Part shown: in pieces, positions 1 through 8,890 of the stretch
Layout of the letters: every line of letters begins with the position of its first letter
Position numbering within the stretch: position 1 is the stretch's first letter
Source of the DNA: Candidatus Omnitrophota bacterium
Lineage (GTDB): Bacteria; Omnitrophota; Gorgyraeia; Tantalellales; Tantalellaceae
Direction of reading: 5' to 3'
DNA: 58,881 nucleotides
Assembly (NCBI GenBank): GCA_018813285.1
Contig: JAHJBY010000104.1
Span: 1-58,881, forward strand
Program-made: the position numbers and the translations under genes
The notes under the pieces: generated by a model
Database searches by the model: none
Told to the model about the DNA's origin: nothing
The model's input: only the letters and a program-made list of their open reading frames with translations

Positions 1-911
1 TCGCTGTCCGTCGTAAGAAGCACCGTGGTCCCTGTTCCCATCGTGCTTTTGTATGTCTCCATCGTCTTCAAAAAATCATAAAAATCGGGATCGTTGTTAT
101 ATGCCCCGGCGTACGTGATCGTTGCCCGGGCATCTGCTTCGCCTCTCAAGGTTTGCGCTGTTTTATACGCTTCCGATGTAATGCTTTTCAATTCTTTTTC
201 CATTCTGCCTTTTATCTCCGCGCTTTTCCCTCTCCCTTCAGACCGGTACTCTTCGGCCGCCCTCTTTCGTTCCGATATCATCCGTTCGTACACCTTTCGT
301 CTGACATTTTCTACATAATTGATGCGTTTAATACGAACATCCACTAATTCAATGCCGTACTGCGGAGCTATCTGTTTCGCCCTCTCGAGGATCTCCGCTT
401 CCATCGCTTCTCGGCCCTCTTTTATGTGGGCCAAGGCCTCTTCGGCAAAAGAAGCAATGGCTACATTATCCTCTTCGTCTAGCACCGTATTGCTGTTCCG
501 TATAACCTCGACAAGCGGCCTTTTGGTGATGACGTCTCTGGTGGCGGAATTTATAATGTCGTCTAATCTGGTGTACGCGGATCTTTCATCTCCTACAGAC
601 TGGAGGAACTTTAACGCGTCCTTGATCTTCCATCTCGCGGTCGTATCCACCCAGATATATTTTTTATCTCGTGTAGGGATCTGATTCGGGTCTCCGTCCT
701 GTACAAGAAGCCGCTTATCGAAATAATGGATTTTTTGTATTATCGGCACCTTAAAATGCAACCCGGCTGTCGCGATCGGGTCCCCAACCGGTTTCCCGAA
801 CTGCGTTATGACCGCTTGATTGACCTCCGAAACAATATACACCGCTCCTGTAAGGAACCCGACAGTAACAATTACGCACAATGTGATTATTATTCTGCTT
901 ATATTTTTCAT
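1..911 (-). CDS. hflC: HflC-like SPFH/band-7 protein; C-terminus runs off the left window edge
   Basis: Absent from the ORF track because there is no stop in the window. My reverse translation from ATG 911..909 gives MKNISRIIITLCVIVTVGFLTGAVYIVSEVNQAVITQFGKPVGDPIATAGLHFKVPIIQKIHYFDKRLL..., i.e. an N-terminal TM plus SPFH core. The start overlaps the hflK stop (ATGA). Confidence 0.8.
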   Translation of the reverse strand, partial: MKNISRIIITLCVIVTVGFLTGAVYIVSEVNQAVITQFGKPVGDPIATAGLHFKVPIIQKIHYFDKRLLVQDGDPNQIPTRDKKYIWVDTTARWKIKDALKFLQSVGDERSAYTRLDDIINSATRDVITKRPLVEVIRNSNTVLDEEDNVAIASFAEEALAHIKEGREAMEAEILERAKQIAPQYGIELVDVRIKRINYVENVRRKVYERMISERKRAAEEYRSEGRGKSAEIKGRMEKELKSITSEAYKTAQTLRGEADARATITYAGAYNNDPDFYDFLKTMETYKSTMGTGTTVLLTTDS

Positions 912-1915
912 TTCTGGATCCCTCCGTTTTTGTCTAATTCCAACAGCGGCAATATGGTTTTTTGCCGCGGATCTATGATGTACTTCTTGTCCACCCCGGT
1001 CATGACAGATGACATAGTCTCGAGATAAAGCCTCTTTTTTGTGATTTCGGGGGCTTTATGGTATTCACGCCAGGTCGCCATGAATCGCGACGCGTCGCCT
1101 TCCGCGCGGTTGATCTTATCAAGCGCATATCCTTCCGCCTGGCTGATAGTTCTTTGCGCTTCTCCCTTCGCCTTGGGTATGACCTTGTTGTACTCCTCCC
1201 AGGCTTCGTTTATCATCCTTTCTTTCTCTTGCTTGGCTTCATTAACTTCGTTGAACGCCGGCTTCACTTTGTCCGGTGGATTCACATCCAATAGCTTAAC
1301 GGTAACAACGTCGATCCCGGTGTTATACGTATCGAGCAGCGATTGCAGCTCGACTTGGGCCTCGTGGTCTATTTCCTCTCTTTTTGTCGTAAGAAGTTCA
1401 TCTACCCTGTAATCCCCGCCTAAGCGGCTCATCACTACTTCGGCCATATCTCGTACGTTTTCCCTGGGGTTTCTTGTCGCGAACAAAAGCTTTACGGGAT
1501 CCTTGACCTTAAACTGCACGATCCAGCGGACGTCAAGAATATTAAGATCTCCCGTCAGCATCAGTGATTCATCAAGATACTGTTGTAACGAATACCTCGT
1601 CTTCACCCCGGCAAGAACTGTCCTGAACCCGAACTCTTCTTTAAAAATCTTTCTCACCTTAACGGGCGTCGCATCCTCGATGCCAAATGGCAGTTTTATA
1701 TGTAATCCCGGCCCTGCCTGCCGGACATATTTGCCGAACCTTTGGATAACACCCACTTCATCGGGCCCGATCGAATAGACCAGGCTTTTTAAAGCAAAGA
1801 TCGCTATAAAAACCGCGATAACGGCCGGTAGATATTTTGCATAGTGCTGGCTGGCTTCGCTCATTTTTTTTGACCCTTCTTTAAAAAGATCCTCCGGCGT
1901 CCTGAAATCTTCCAT
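908..1915 (-). CDS. hflK: HflK-like SPFH/band-7 protease modulator
   Basis: 335-aa ORF with an N-terminal TM, an SPFH core (VGVIQRFGKY..PGLHIKLPFGIE) and a C-terminal coiled coil. It is translationally coupled to hflC. Confidence 0.85.
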   Translation of the reverse strand: MEDFRTPEDLFKEGSKKMSEASQHYAKYLPAVIAVFIAIFALKSLVYSIGPDEVGVIQRFGKYVRQAGPGLHIKLPFGIEDATPVKVRKIFKEEFGFRTVLAGVKTRYSLQQYLDESLMLTGDLNILDVRWIVQFKVKDPVKLLFATRNPRENVRDMAEVVMSRLGGDYRVDELLTTKREEIDHEAQVELQSLLDTYNTGIDVVTVKLLDVNPPDKVKPAFNEVNEAKQEKERMINEAWEEYNKVIPKAKGEAQRTISQAEGYALDKINRAEGDASRFMATWREYHKAPEITKKRLYLETMSSVMTGVDKKYIIDPRQKTILPLLELDKNGGIQK

Positions 1916-1970
1916 TTCCTTCCCCTCCTTTTAATTGTCGCCATGTATTTAAAAACACCGGAGTTCGGTG

Positions 1971-2783
1971 TCATTCCGCCACGGCGCTGGTTATACAGTC
2001 TAACCTGAAGTTTCGCTCCTCTTCTCTCAAGTGGCAATAAGCGATTACATACAGTTTATCGTAGCCTTTTCTGATCTGCCTGGGAGCTATAACGCGATCA
2101 GTAATTTTGTTGTTCCAAATAGATTGGTAGGTGATCCTTAATTGTCCTTTCCCCTGTATCGCGTTTTCCAGGCTCTCAAGGATGGCCCTATCGTACATAC
2201 TGATATCTTCCCCGCGCGTCCTGGCGGGCTCCATTATTTCTTCGACATTGGACACGCCGTCTTCTTTCAGAATACTGAGTTCTCTTTGAAATATCTTTGC
2301 TGTCATAACCGCATCAGCAAGAGCGCGGTGTTCGCCTTCAGTGCTAAACCCAAAGGATTCAGATAAATGCCCAAGATTGTATCTGGTTTTCCCCGGAAAC
2401 AATTTCCTCGCTAACTTCAAAGCATCTATTGTTTTAAAACTGCGAAGCATATAATCCCTGTATCCAAGGGCTTTTTCAATAAATCCAAGATCAAATCCGG
2501 CATTGTACGCGACAAGAACGGTCCCATCAATAAATGCCATAAAACCTGTGATCACATCTTCTATCTTCGGCTGCCCGATAAGCATTTCCGGGATTATCTG
2601 ATTCACTTTAAACGCGCCGAGAGAGATCGATCTTTCCGGATCGACCATAACATGAAACGTATCCTCCATCCCGTCGGGTTCAATGCGTACGGCGCCGATC
2701 TCGCATATTTTGTCGCCCGCATACGGATATAACCCGGTCGTCTCTACGTCAAACACCGTGTACGTCGCTTCGTCTAAACGCAT
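1971..2783 (-). CDS. DnaQ/PolIII-epsilon-like 3'-5' exonuclease fused to a C-terminal WYL-like domain
   Basis: DEDDh motifs FDVETTGL, AYNAGFDLGF and HRALADA are present. The C-terminal stretch LRITYQS..DRVIAPRQI..LYVIAYCHLREEERNFRLDCI fits the WYL-domain pattern. Confidence 0.75.
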   Translation of the reverse strand: MRLDEATYTVFDVETTGLYPYAGDKICEIGAVRIEPDGMEDTFHVMVDPERSISLGAFKVNQIIPEMLIGQPKIEDVITGFMAFIDGTVLVAYNAGFDLGFIEKALGYRDYMLRSFKTIDALKLARKLFPGKTRYNLGHLSESFGFSTEGEHRALADAVMTAKIFQRELSILKEDGVSNVEEIMEPARTRGEDISMYDRAILESLENAIQGKGQLRITYQSIWNNKITDRVIAPRQIRKGYDKLYVIAYCHLREEERNFRLDCITSAVAE

Positions 2784-2790
2784 AGGCTAT

Positions 2791-4077
2791 TTATTTACCT
2801 TTCTTTTTCTGTTCTTTTGCCGCGATAGGGATCCTGTCCACTTGAACAGCTTCGGCAATCTCTTTTTCTCCGGATACGCCTAATTCCTGAAACTTTTTTA
2901 TGCTCACCATCACTCTGCTGTCCAAAGATCTCATCATATTATTGAACGAATCCACGGACTGCGCAAGGGAGCTTCCTGTTTTGTTGGCATGTTCTATAAA
3001 CGGCTGAAATCTATTGTACAGTTCTCTGCCGAGTTTCGCTATTTCACGGGCGTTTTTTTCGACCCGCTCCTGCCTCCATCCGTACGCGATAGCCCGCAAG
3101 AGCGCGATAAGTGTTGTCGGTGTCGCGATAATGACCCCCTTTTCCATGCCGTCCTCAATGAGCGTAATATCTTCTTCAACTGCGACACTCAAAAAAGATT
3201 CCCCTGGGATGAACATGACGACAAATTCCGGAGCTTTTTCGAATTGATCCCAGTACGCCTTATTCGATAGCGCCCTCATGTGTTTTCTTACCTGTTGCGC
3301 ATGACGGGCAATGCATTCGGAGCGCATGTCATCCGTTTCGGCGGATAACGCGTCAATATACGCATCCAGTGACACCTTACTATCGACAACTATTTCCCGC
3401 GCCCCCGGCAGATGCACTATCATATCCGGCCGAACCCGCCCGGAAGGAGTGTCGACGGACACCTGTTCAGTATAATCACAGTGATCTATCATCCCGGCAA
3501 GCTCCGCGACCCTCTTGAGCGTGACTTCCCCCCACCTGCCCCTGACCTCGGGTCTTCTTAACGCCGTAACCAGGTTGCCTGTTTCCCTCTGTAAAAGCTG
3601 CTGCGACTCCACCAGAGACCTCACCTGGCTGTCCATGCTCGTGTACGCTTCGGTTCTTTTTATCTCAAGATCTTTGATCTGCCGCTCATACCGCGCAAGT
3701 GTCTCCTTGAGAGGGTTGACCAGGTGTTCAATCGACTGCTCTTTCTGCGCGAGATCCCCTTTTGCTTCTTCAAGAATGACCTTAAGACTTTCTTGCGCGA
3801 GATCCAGAAAAGCACGGTTGTTTTTTTCAAGAGAATCGCCTGAAAGCGCTTTGAACGTATCCGACATTTTGTCTTTCGCCAGATCAACAAGTTGCCGCTG
3901 TTCTTCCAGCTTCTTGTTAGCCTCTTCCAGCCGAACCTCAGCGGTGATCTTTTCCTGCCGCAGTTTTTCCGTTTCGTCGCGCTCTTTCTCCCGCGACCGG
4001 AAATGCCGCGCCACCCAGCCAATAATAACCCCCGCGGCAAACAACAAAATGCCGGCCAGAACCGTTATGCCGTCCAT
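2791..4077 (-). CDS. rmuC: DNA recombination protein RmuC
   Basis: 428 aa with an N-terminal TM, a long coiled coil and a C-terminal RmuC nuclease-like core (IVVDSKVSLDAY, FVVMFIPGESF). Confidence 0.85.
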   Translation of the reverse strand: MDGITVLAGILLFAAGVIIGWVARHFRSREKERDETEKLRQEKITAEVRLEEANKKLEEQRQLVDLAKDKMSDTFKALSGDSLEKNNRAFLDLAQESLKVILEEAKGDLAQKEQSIEHLVNPLKETLARYERQIKDLEIKRTEAYTSMDSQVRSLVESQQLLQRETGNLVTALRRPEVRGRWGEVTLKRVAELAGMIDHCDYTEQVSVDTPSGRVRPDMIVHLPGAREIVVDSKVSLDAYIDALSAETDDMRSECIARHAQQVRKHMRALSNKAYWDQFEKAPEFVVMFIPGESFLSVAVEEDITLIEDGMEKGVIIATPTTLIALLRAIAYGWRQERVEKNAREIAKLGRELYNRFQPFIEHANKTGSSLAQSVDSFNNMMRSLDSRVMVSIKKFQELGVSGEKEIAEAVQVDRIPIAAKEQKKKGK

Positions 4078-4114
4078 ACCGCTCCCCTGTCCTTAACCCT
4101 TTTTGCGCCTTATG

Positions 4115-4351
4115 TTAGTCCATGTGCTTCGCGGCTTCCTGTATCAATGGAAGCACCGCGACCACTTCTTCTTTCGCCATCCTGCCAAGTTTGGCGAATC
4201 TGAGTTCCCCGGACGCGTTCCGGTTCTCTCTGGATATCTGTAATTTCTTTTCTCCCTGGTTATAAGAAAAGATGCTTACTGTCAACTTCTGTTTTTCGTT
4301 TTCCCAGGACTTTGAAAACAAACTCACATCCAATTCTCTGTCATACGGCAT
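4115..4351 (-). CDS. PC4/YdbC-like small ssDNA-binding protein (tentative)
   Basis: 78 aa. The pattern SWENEKQKLTVSIFSYNQGEKKLQISRE...GRMAKEEVVAVLPLI resembles bacterial YdbC/PC4-like proteins by eye. It sits directly upstream of rmuC on the same strand. Confidence 0.45.
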   Translation of the reverse strand: MPYDRELDVSLFSKSWENEKQKLTVSIFSYNQGEKKLQISRENRNASGELRFAKLGRMAKEEVVAVLPLIQEAAKHMD

Positions 4352-4386
4352 GTTAATTACTCCTTTGTTCGGCCACTCTTACTCTG

Positions 4387-4893
4387 TTACTGTTCGAACT
4401 GTCCTTTGACCTTTGCCCTTGTAAAGAAAAACACAATACCGGCGTTGAGCACAAGAATAAAAAATGTCATTAACATCATAAAGAACTTCCCTATCGCCAT
4501 CGCGGCGTCCATGGCTCTTTCAACGTTCGCCTCGCTAGGTTCGATACCCTGCATGTTCTCCTGCAAAAGTTGGACGATCTGCGGCCTCACTTCTATGTCG
4601 TATTGCTCCTTGAAATAGCCCCGGCTTGTGTTCAAAACATACGGCAGGGTCGCCAGCGTTTCAATGCCCACTATCACCGAGATCACAATTATGGCTGTAC
4701 GTGCCCACTTTTTCAGTTTTAGCAAGTAGATACCGACAACTATCGAGGCAGGCAGGATCATCATATAGAGAAAAAATGAGAACGCGGGGCTCAACATCTT
4801 TGCGTTCTGCAGCGTCAGCAGGTTGCCGATAGATCCTACTATTATCACCCAACTGAATATCGTAACGCCTACCGACCTTTTCTTGTCCGCCAT
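4387..4893 (-). CDS. hypothetical multi-pass membrane protein
   Basis: The ORF is trimmed to the internal ATG at 4893 (MADKKRSVGVTIFSW...) so that it does not overlap the upstream small ORF. It has several hydrophobic helices and no recognisable family. Confidence 0.5.
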   Translation of the reverse strand: MADKKRSVGVTIFSWVIIVGSIGNLLTLQNAKMLSPAFSFFLYMMILPASIVVGIYLLKLKKWARTAIIVISVIVGIETLATLPYVLNTSRGYFKEQYDIEVRPQIVQLLQENMQGIEPSEANVERAMDAAMAIGKFFMMLMTFFILVLNAGIVFFFTRAKVKGQFEQ

Positions 4894-4909
4894 TTGTGCC
4901 CTTCTCTTG

Positions 4910-5194
4910 TCACGCTTTATTATTGATCCCAAAAAACCGCATCCACTTCGGATGCGTCTGCCTTGATGGTTTGTATCTCTTTTTGAAGGTGAGAACACCG
5001 GTGGTTATGCCCGTTATGGCGCCCACCGCTACGCAAAGGAACCCGATCAATGTTCGGCCGAGAACGAGCAAAAAAAGGCCGCCCATATACAACGCCACTG
5101 ACGCATATGGCAGCATCTGCAGGTATTGTTTATTTTCCTTCTTTGCCATGCCCACGCCCTTTCTATGTTGGCCTTTCTTTTTGATTTTTGTCAT
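4910..5194 (-). CDS. small hypothetical membrane protein
   Basis: 94-aa ORF with a basic N-terminus and two hydrophobic helices. The true start could be the internal MAKKENK. Confidence 0.4.
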   Translation of the reverse strand: MTKIKKKGQHRKGVGMAKKENKQYLQMLPYASVALYMGGLFLLVLGRTLIGFLCVAVGAITGITTGVLTFKKRYKPSRQTHPKWMRFFGINNKA

Positions 5195-5588
5195 TTGTCG
5201 GCCGAATGGCTTTGATGTGCCTTTTTCAAATACCGAAAAAACACGATGTTCGCGCGCCGCCTCTTCCCTTCCTCAAAAACTCTCCCTAACCATGCACTAT
5301 ATTGTAAGGGGTAACGGCTTGGATTACAAGTTTTTATCGTCCGGTATTATACCCGTAACTATATCACTCACCCCACCATAGTAACACAAATTTAAGGGAA
5401 TGAGGTTTTAAAGGAGGGTCTCGCCGCCTTCGGATCGACAGTCCGATGCTTTAACTGCTTCCCTTTTTAAGTATCCTCCGCAAGAACTTACAAATAAACT
5501 ACTTGTAATAATGCCCTCTTCTCTTCATTACATCAAACTCTTGCTGGAGACCGTCTGGGGACTTGCCTTTTTATGACTTTGGGTTAGT

Positions 5589-5930
5589 CTATGCAGACTG
5601 CATAGCTTTAAGCTGACCTGCGTAAATCTCTTTTAATAATTGTGGGTCATACTTTTCATCTTCGGGTATAATAAATTTGAAGATCCTCTTCCCTTCCTGG
5701 ATTATTTGCAAATGTTCGGTAGTCATTTCCACCGACTTATTAGCCCATAAATTCATTGCTTTGGTTAACATTTCCAACACTCTTACATAAGAATTCTCAG
5801 GCAATTGTTCCATCCCTTCGGAATTCCTGTGGGCATAGTAACGAAATAATATTTTCTTCTTTCGTATAGCAACTTTATCCTGTTTTTGCGCCAGGTATCC
5901 GAAAATACCGCCACCTCTTCTATACAACAA
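5589..5930 (-). CDS. hypothetical protein, possibly the surviving part of a decayed larger gene
   Basis: 113-aa ORF in an AT-rich patch. Protein-like sequence continues upstream in other frames, interrupted by stops. Confidence 0.3.
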   Translation of the reverse strand: MLYRRGGGIFGYLAQKQDKVAIRKKKILFRYYAHRNSEGMEQLPENSYVRVLEMLTKAMNLWANKSVEMTTEHLQIIQEGKRIFKFIIPEDEKYDPQLLKEIYAGQLKAMQSA

Positions 5931-6198
5931 CTCCTGGATATTCTAAGTCCGCTAAGAATAAGGCCCATCGTATTCGAAACCATCACCCAGTGGCAAACAT
6001 TTCAAGAAGCCACTGCTACAGCGCTGTAATTCCATCTCCCAATTCTGCCCAATTCTTGTACGGTAAATAAGACCAAAATTTCTGGAAAAATTCCTCAACA
6101 TTCTAATGTAAATGAATAATTTTCATAGGTGAACCAAAAACAATTACACCAGCCTCTTTCCCATTTTACCAGACCTCATCTCATTATATCTTATCCGT

Positions 6199-7605
6199 TT
6201 ATTTGGTAATTCTTTCCATCGAATCTTTCAGCCGCTGATTATCCTTATCAGTTCCCCAATAAAGAGTTCTGTGCGGGAACGGTATTTCGATCCCGAGTTC
6301 ATCAAACTTATTCTTTAATCGTCTCTTAAACTCCCTGGAAACTTCCCACTGTTTAATCGGTCTTGTTTTTATTCTAAACTTGATCATTACGGCCGAATCT
6401 GAAAAATCATCGACACCAAACATCTCCAGATCAGCTAATATTAATCTCCCAAAATATGGGTCCTTTCTCATTTCATCACCCATTTGTCTGATAATTTCCA
6501 TAACCTTATCAACATTTTCTTTATACGCTACCCCCACATCAAGCAACGCCTGCGAATATCCTCTCGTATAATTAATTACCGCCTTAATTTCCCCGTTCGG
6601 TATAATAATAACCCGCCCGGCTAAGTCCCTTAAAGTCGTTATTCTCAAGTTTATATCTTCTACCAATCCCCCCATATCATTTATCTTCACTACGTCGTTT
6701 ACCCTGTATTGCCCCTCAATGAGAATAAAGAGACCGTTAATAAGGTCTCTTATTAAATACTGGCCTCCAAAACCGAAAGCCAACCCCACTATTCCCGCTC
6801 CTGCAAGCAGCGGGCCAAGGCTGACTCCAAAAGTCTCAAGAATCATAGAAGCAACGATGCCAAAAATAACAAAACTACCAAGCCAATGTAAAAGTCTGGC
6901 GATTGTGTTTATCCTCAATGAAAGTTCATCTTCTCGAATGTCATTTGTTTTTACAAATATCTTTCCAAGCCTGGCTATCACAAAATTTAATAAGAAAAAA
7001 AGCGCTATGCCTATAACAACGCTCACTCCAGAAACACTTAATTTTTCCGCCCAGCTTCTTTTGAGTGATTTTTCCCTTTTAATACCTTGTATGGCTTCTT
7101 TGAGCTCTTCTATTTTTTTCTGATTTGCGTCAAGCTTCTGCAAAGCAAGCCTTTCCTGAATCTCTACCATTTTTAGCGCTTCCCTCTCGACATCTGCTTG
7201 TTCTTTTATTTTCTCGGCTTCCCCTTCAAGCCTTTTGGCTTCTCTTAAAAGAACATCATCTTCTCTTACTTCGGCTTCTTTTTTAACAGCTTCCGCTTTT
7301 TCTTTCGCTACGTTAGCTTCCTGCTGTTTTAGAAGCACTGCTCCTTCAGCTTTGATTTTTTCCTCATTTGCTTTTTGGGCCTCTTTTTGAATTTGGTCCA
7401 GATCTTCTTCTTTCTGCTTTATCTCTTCTTTTTTTTGATTTTCTTTTTCTTCAAGTTTTTCTATCTCATCCTTTTGATCAATAGCCACAGCCTTCACATC
7501 AACTTCTTTCGCGTCTTGCGAGTAAGAAACATCTTTTACTGATATCAGTAAAAAGCTGATAACACAAAAAAACATGACCAAGCTAAATCGTCTGGCGTTT
7601 CCCAT
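6199..7605 (-). CDS. MscS-family mechanosensitive channel with a long K/E-rich coiled-coil N-terminal domain
   Basis: The C-terminal region (GQYRVNDVVKINDMGGLVEDINLRITTLRDLAGRVIIIPNGEI) is MscS-like. The start is set to ATG 7605 (MGNARRF..., signal/TM), preceded by a GGGGAGG RBS, which avoids overlap with corA. Confidence 0.8.
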   Translation of the reverse strand: MGNARRFSLVMFFCVISFLLISVKDVSYSQDAKEVDVKAVAIDQKDEIEKLEEKENQKKEEIKQKEEDLDQIQKEAQKANEEKIKAEGAVLLKQQEANVAKEKAEAVKKEAEVREDDVLLREAKRLEGEAEKIKEQADVEREALKMVEIQERLALQKLDANQKKIEELKEAIQGIKREKSLKRSWAEKLSVSGVSVVIGIALFFLLNFVIARLGKIFVKTNDIREDELSLRINTIARLLHWLGSFVIFGIVASMILETFGVSLGPLLAGAGIVGLAFGFGGQYLIRDLINGLFILIEGQYRVNDVVKINDMGGLVEDINLRITTLRDLAGRVIIIPNGEIKAVINYTRGYSQALLDVGVAYKENVDKVMEIIRQMGDEMRKDPYFGRLILADLEMFGVDDFSDSAVMIKFRIKTRPIKQWEVSREFKRRLKNKFDELGIEIPFPHRTLYWGTDKDNQRLKDSMERITK

Positions 7606-7622
7606 AAAACCTCCCCTACAAT

Positions 7623-8681
7623 TTACATCCATTTTTTCCTCTTGAAATAAAGTAATAAAGAACTTCCTATAGCCGCCATCAGTCCTAAAACAGCGAAATA
7701 ACCCCAATGCCATTCAAGCTCCGGCATATACTTGAAGTTCATGCCGTATATCCCCGCGATAAGGGTTAAGGGTATAAATATCGCGGCGAACATCGTTAAT
7801 ACCTTCATGATCTCGTTCATTCTATTGCTCATACTCGAAAGGTAAATATCAAGCAGCCCCGCGGCCATATCCCTAAAAGCTTCGATCGTATCGATCACCT
7901 GGATCGTGTGGTCATACACATCCCTGAAATATATTGTCGTATCCGCTTTAACTAACTGATCCTCGCCTCTTTGAAGTCCGCTGATGATCTCCCGCAAAGG
8001 CCATACCGATTTTCGCAGCAAAATAGCGTCTCGTTTCAGTTTGTGGATGGTCTGCAGAACTTCGATCCGGGGACCGATCGCCAGATCCTCTTCTAATTCT
8101 TCCATATCCTCATTGTAATTCTCAAGTATGACAAAATAGTTATCGACAATAGCGTCTATAAGGGAGTACGCGAGATAGTCCGAGCCTTTTCTCCTTATTC
8201 GGCCCTTGGCCTGCCTTATTCGTTCTCTTGTAGGATTAAAAACATCTCCCTCTTTTTCCTGAAAAGATAAGACAAAATTCGAACCTACAACCAGGCTGAC
8301 TTGCTCAATTATAATTTCTCCGCCTTGTTCGTAAAACATTTTCAGGCTGACAAAGATATATTTTCCGAAATCCTCATATTTGGGTCGTTGTCCGGTGTTA
8401 ACAATATCTTCCTGAACAAGCGGATGTAGTTCAAAGTATTTGCCGATCTCCTCTATTATGGAAGTGTCGTGGACTCCATTAACATTTACCCAGGTTACCG
8501 TAGAGGTATCCTTGAAGGGAAAAATATCTTCAACTTTTTCTACCGTCTTTTCCTGAAAATTTTCCGCGTCATAGTCGAAAACGGTTATAGTCGTGCTTTC
8601 TGTTTCGTTTTCACCTATGTGGACAAGCGTTCCGGGAGCAAGGCCTGCCTGTTTTGATAATTTCTTTATGAAATGTGTCAT
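7623..8681 (-). CDS. corA: CorA magnesium/cobalt transporter
   Basis: 352 aa with a GMNF motif (YGMNFKYMPEL) followed by two C-terminal TM helices. Confidence 0.9.
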   Translation of the reverse strand: MTHFIKKLSKQAGLAPGTLVHIGENETESTTITVFDYDAENFQEKTVEKVEDIFPFKDTSTVTWVNVNGVHDTSIIEEIGKYFELHPLVQEDIVNTGQRPKYEDFGKYIFVSLKMFYEQGGEIIIEQVSLVVGSNFVLSFQEKEGDVFNPTRERIRQAKGRIRRKGSDYLAYSLIDAIVDNYFVILENYNEDMEELEEDLAIGPRIEVLQTIHKLKRDAILLRKSVWPLREIISGLQRGEDQLVKADTTIYFRDVYDHTIQVIDTIEAFRDMAAGLLDIYLSSMSNRMNEIMKVLTMFAAIFIPLTLIAGIYGMNFKYMPELEWHWGYFAVLGLMAAIGSSLLLYFKRKKWM

Positions 8682-8850
8682 GTTTGCTCCTCCTTTTCTT
8701 CTATTACGCGTTTAATACTGATTATATCCCGACTCCGGTTAAGCATGCAATCTAATTCGCAAATATAGTACATCGTGTTAAGTGAAGGTGCCGGTACACA
8801 AGAAAAAACGGCCGGCGAAGAAGATGCAGGGAAGAAGATGCGGGGAGATA

Positions 8851-8879
8851 TTGTCATAAACCGCCAAGTGCGTTATACT
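8851..8879 (+). promoter_or_regulatory. sigma70-like promoter for the THUMP methyltransferase gene
   Basis: TTGTCA (8851..8856), 17-nt spacer, TATACT (8874..8879). The ATG at 8891 is only about 5 nt after the expected TSS and no SD is visible. Confidence 0.4.
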
Positions 8880-8890
8880 CTAATTCACAT

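Noticed and set aside
5418-5466. tRNA-like fragment on the minus strand: TCGGA-CTGTCGA-TCCGA resembles an anticodon arm with GUC (Asp).
   Set aside because: No D-arm, T-arm (GTTCGAATC-type) or acceptor pairing can be drawn around it. It is most likely just a 5-bp hairpin.
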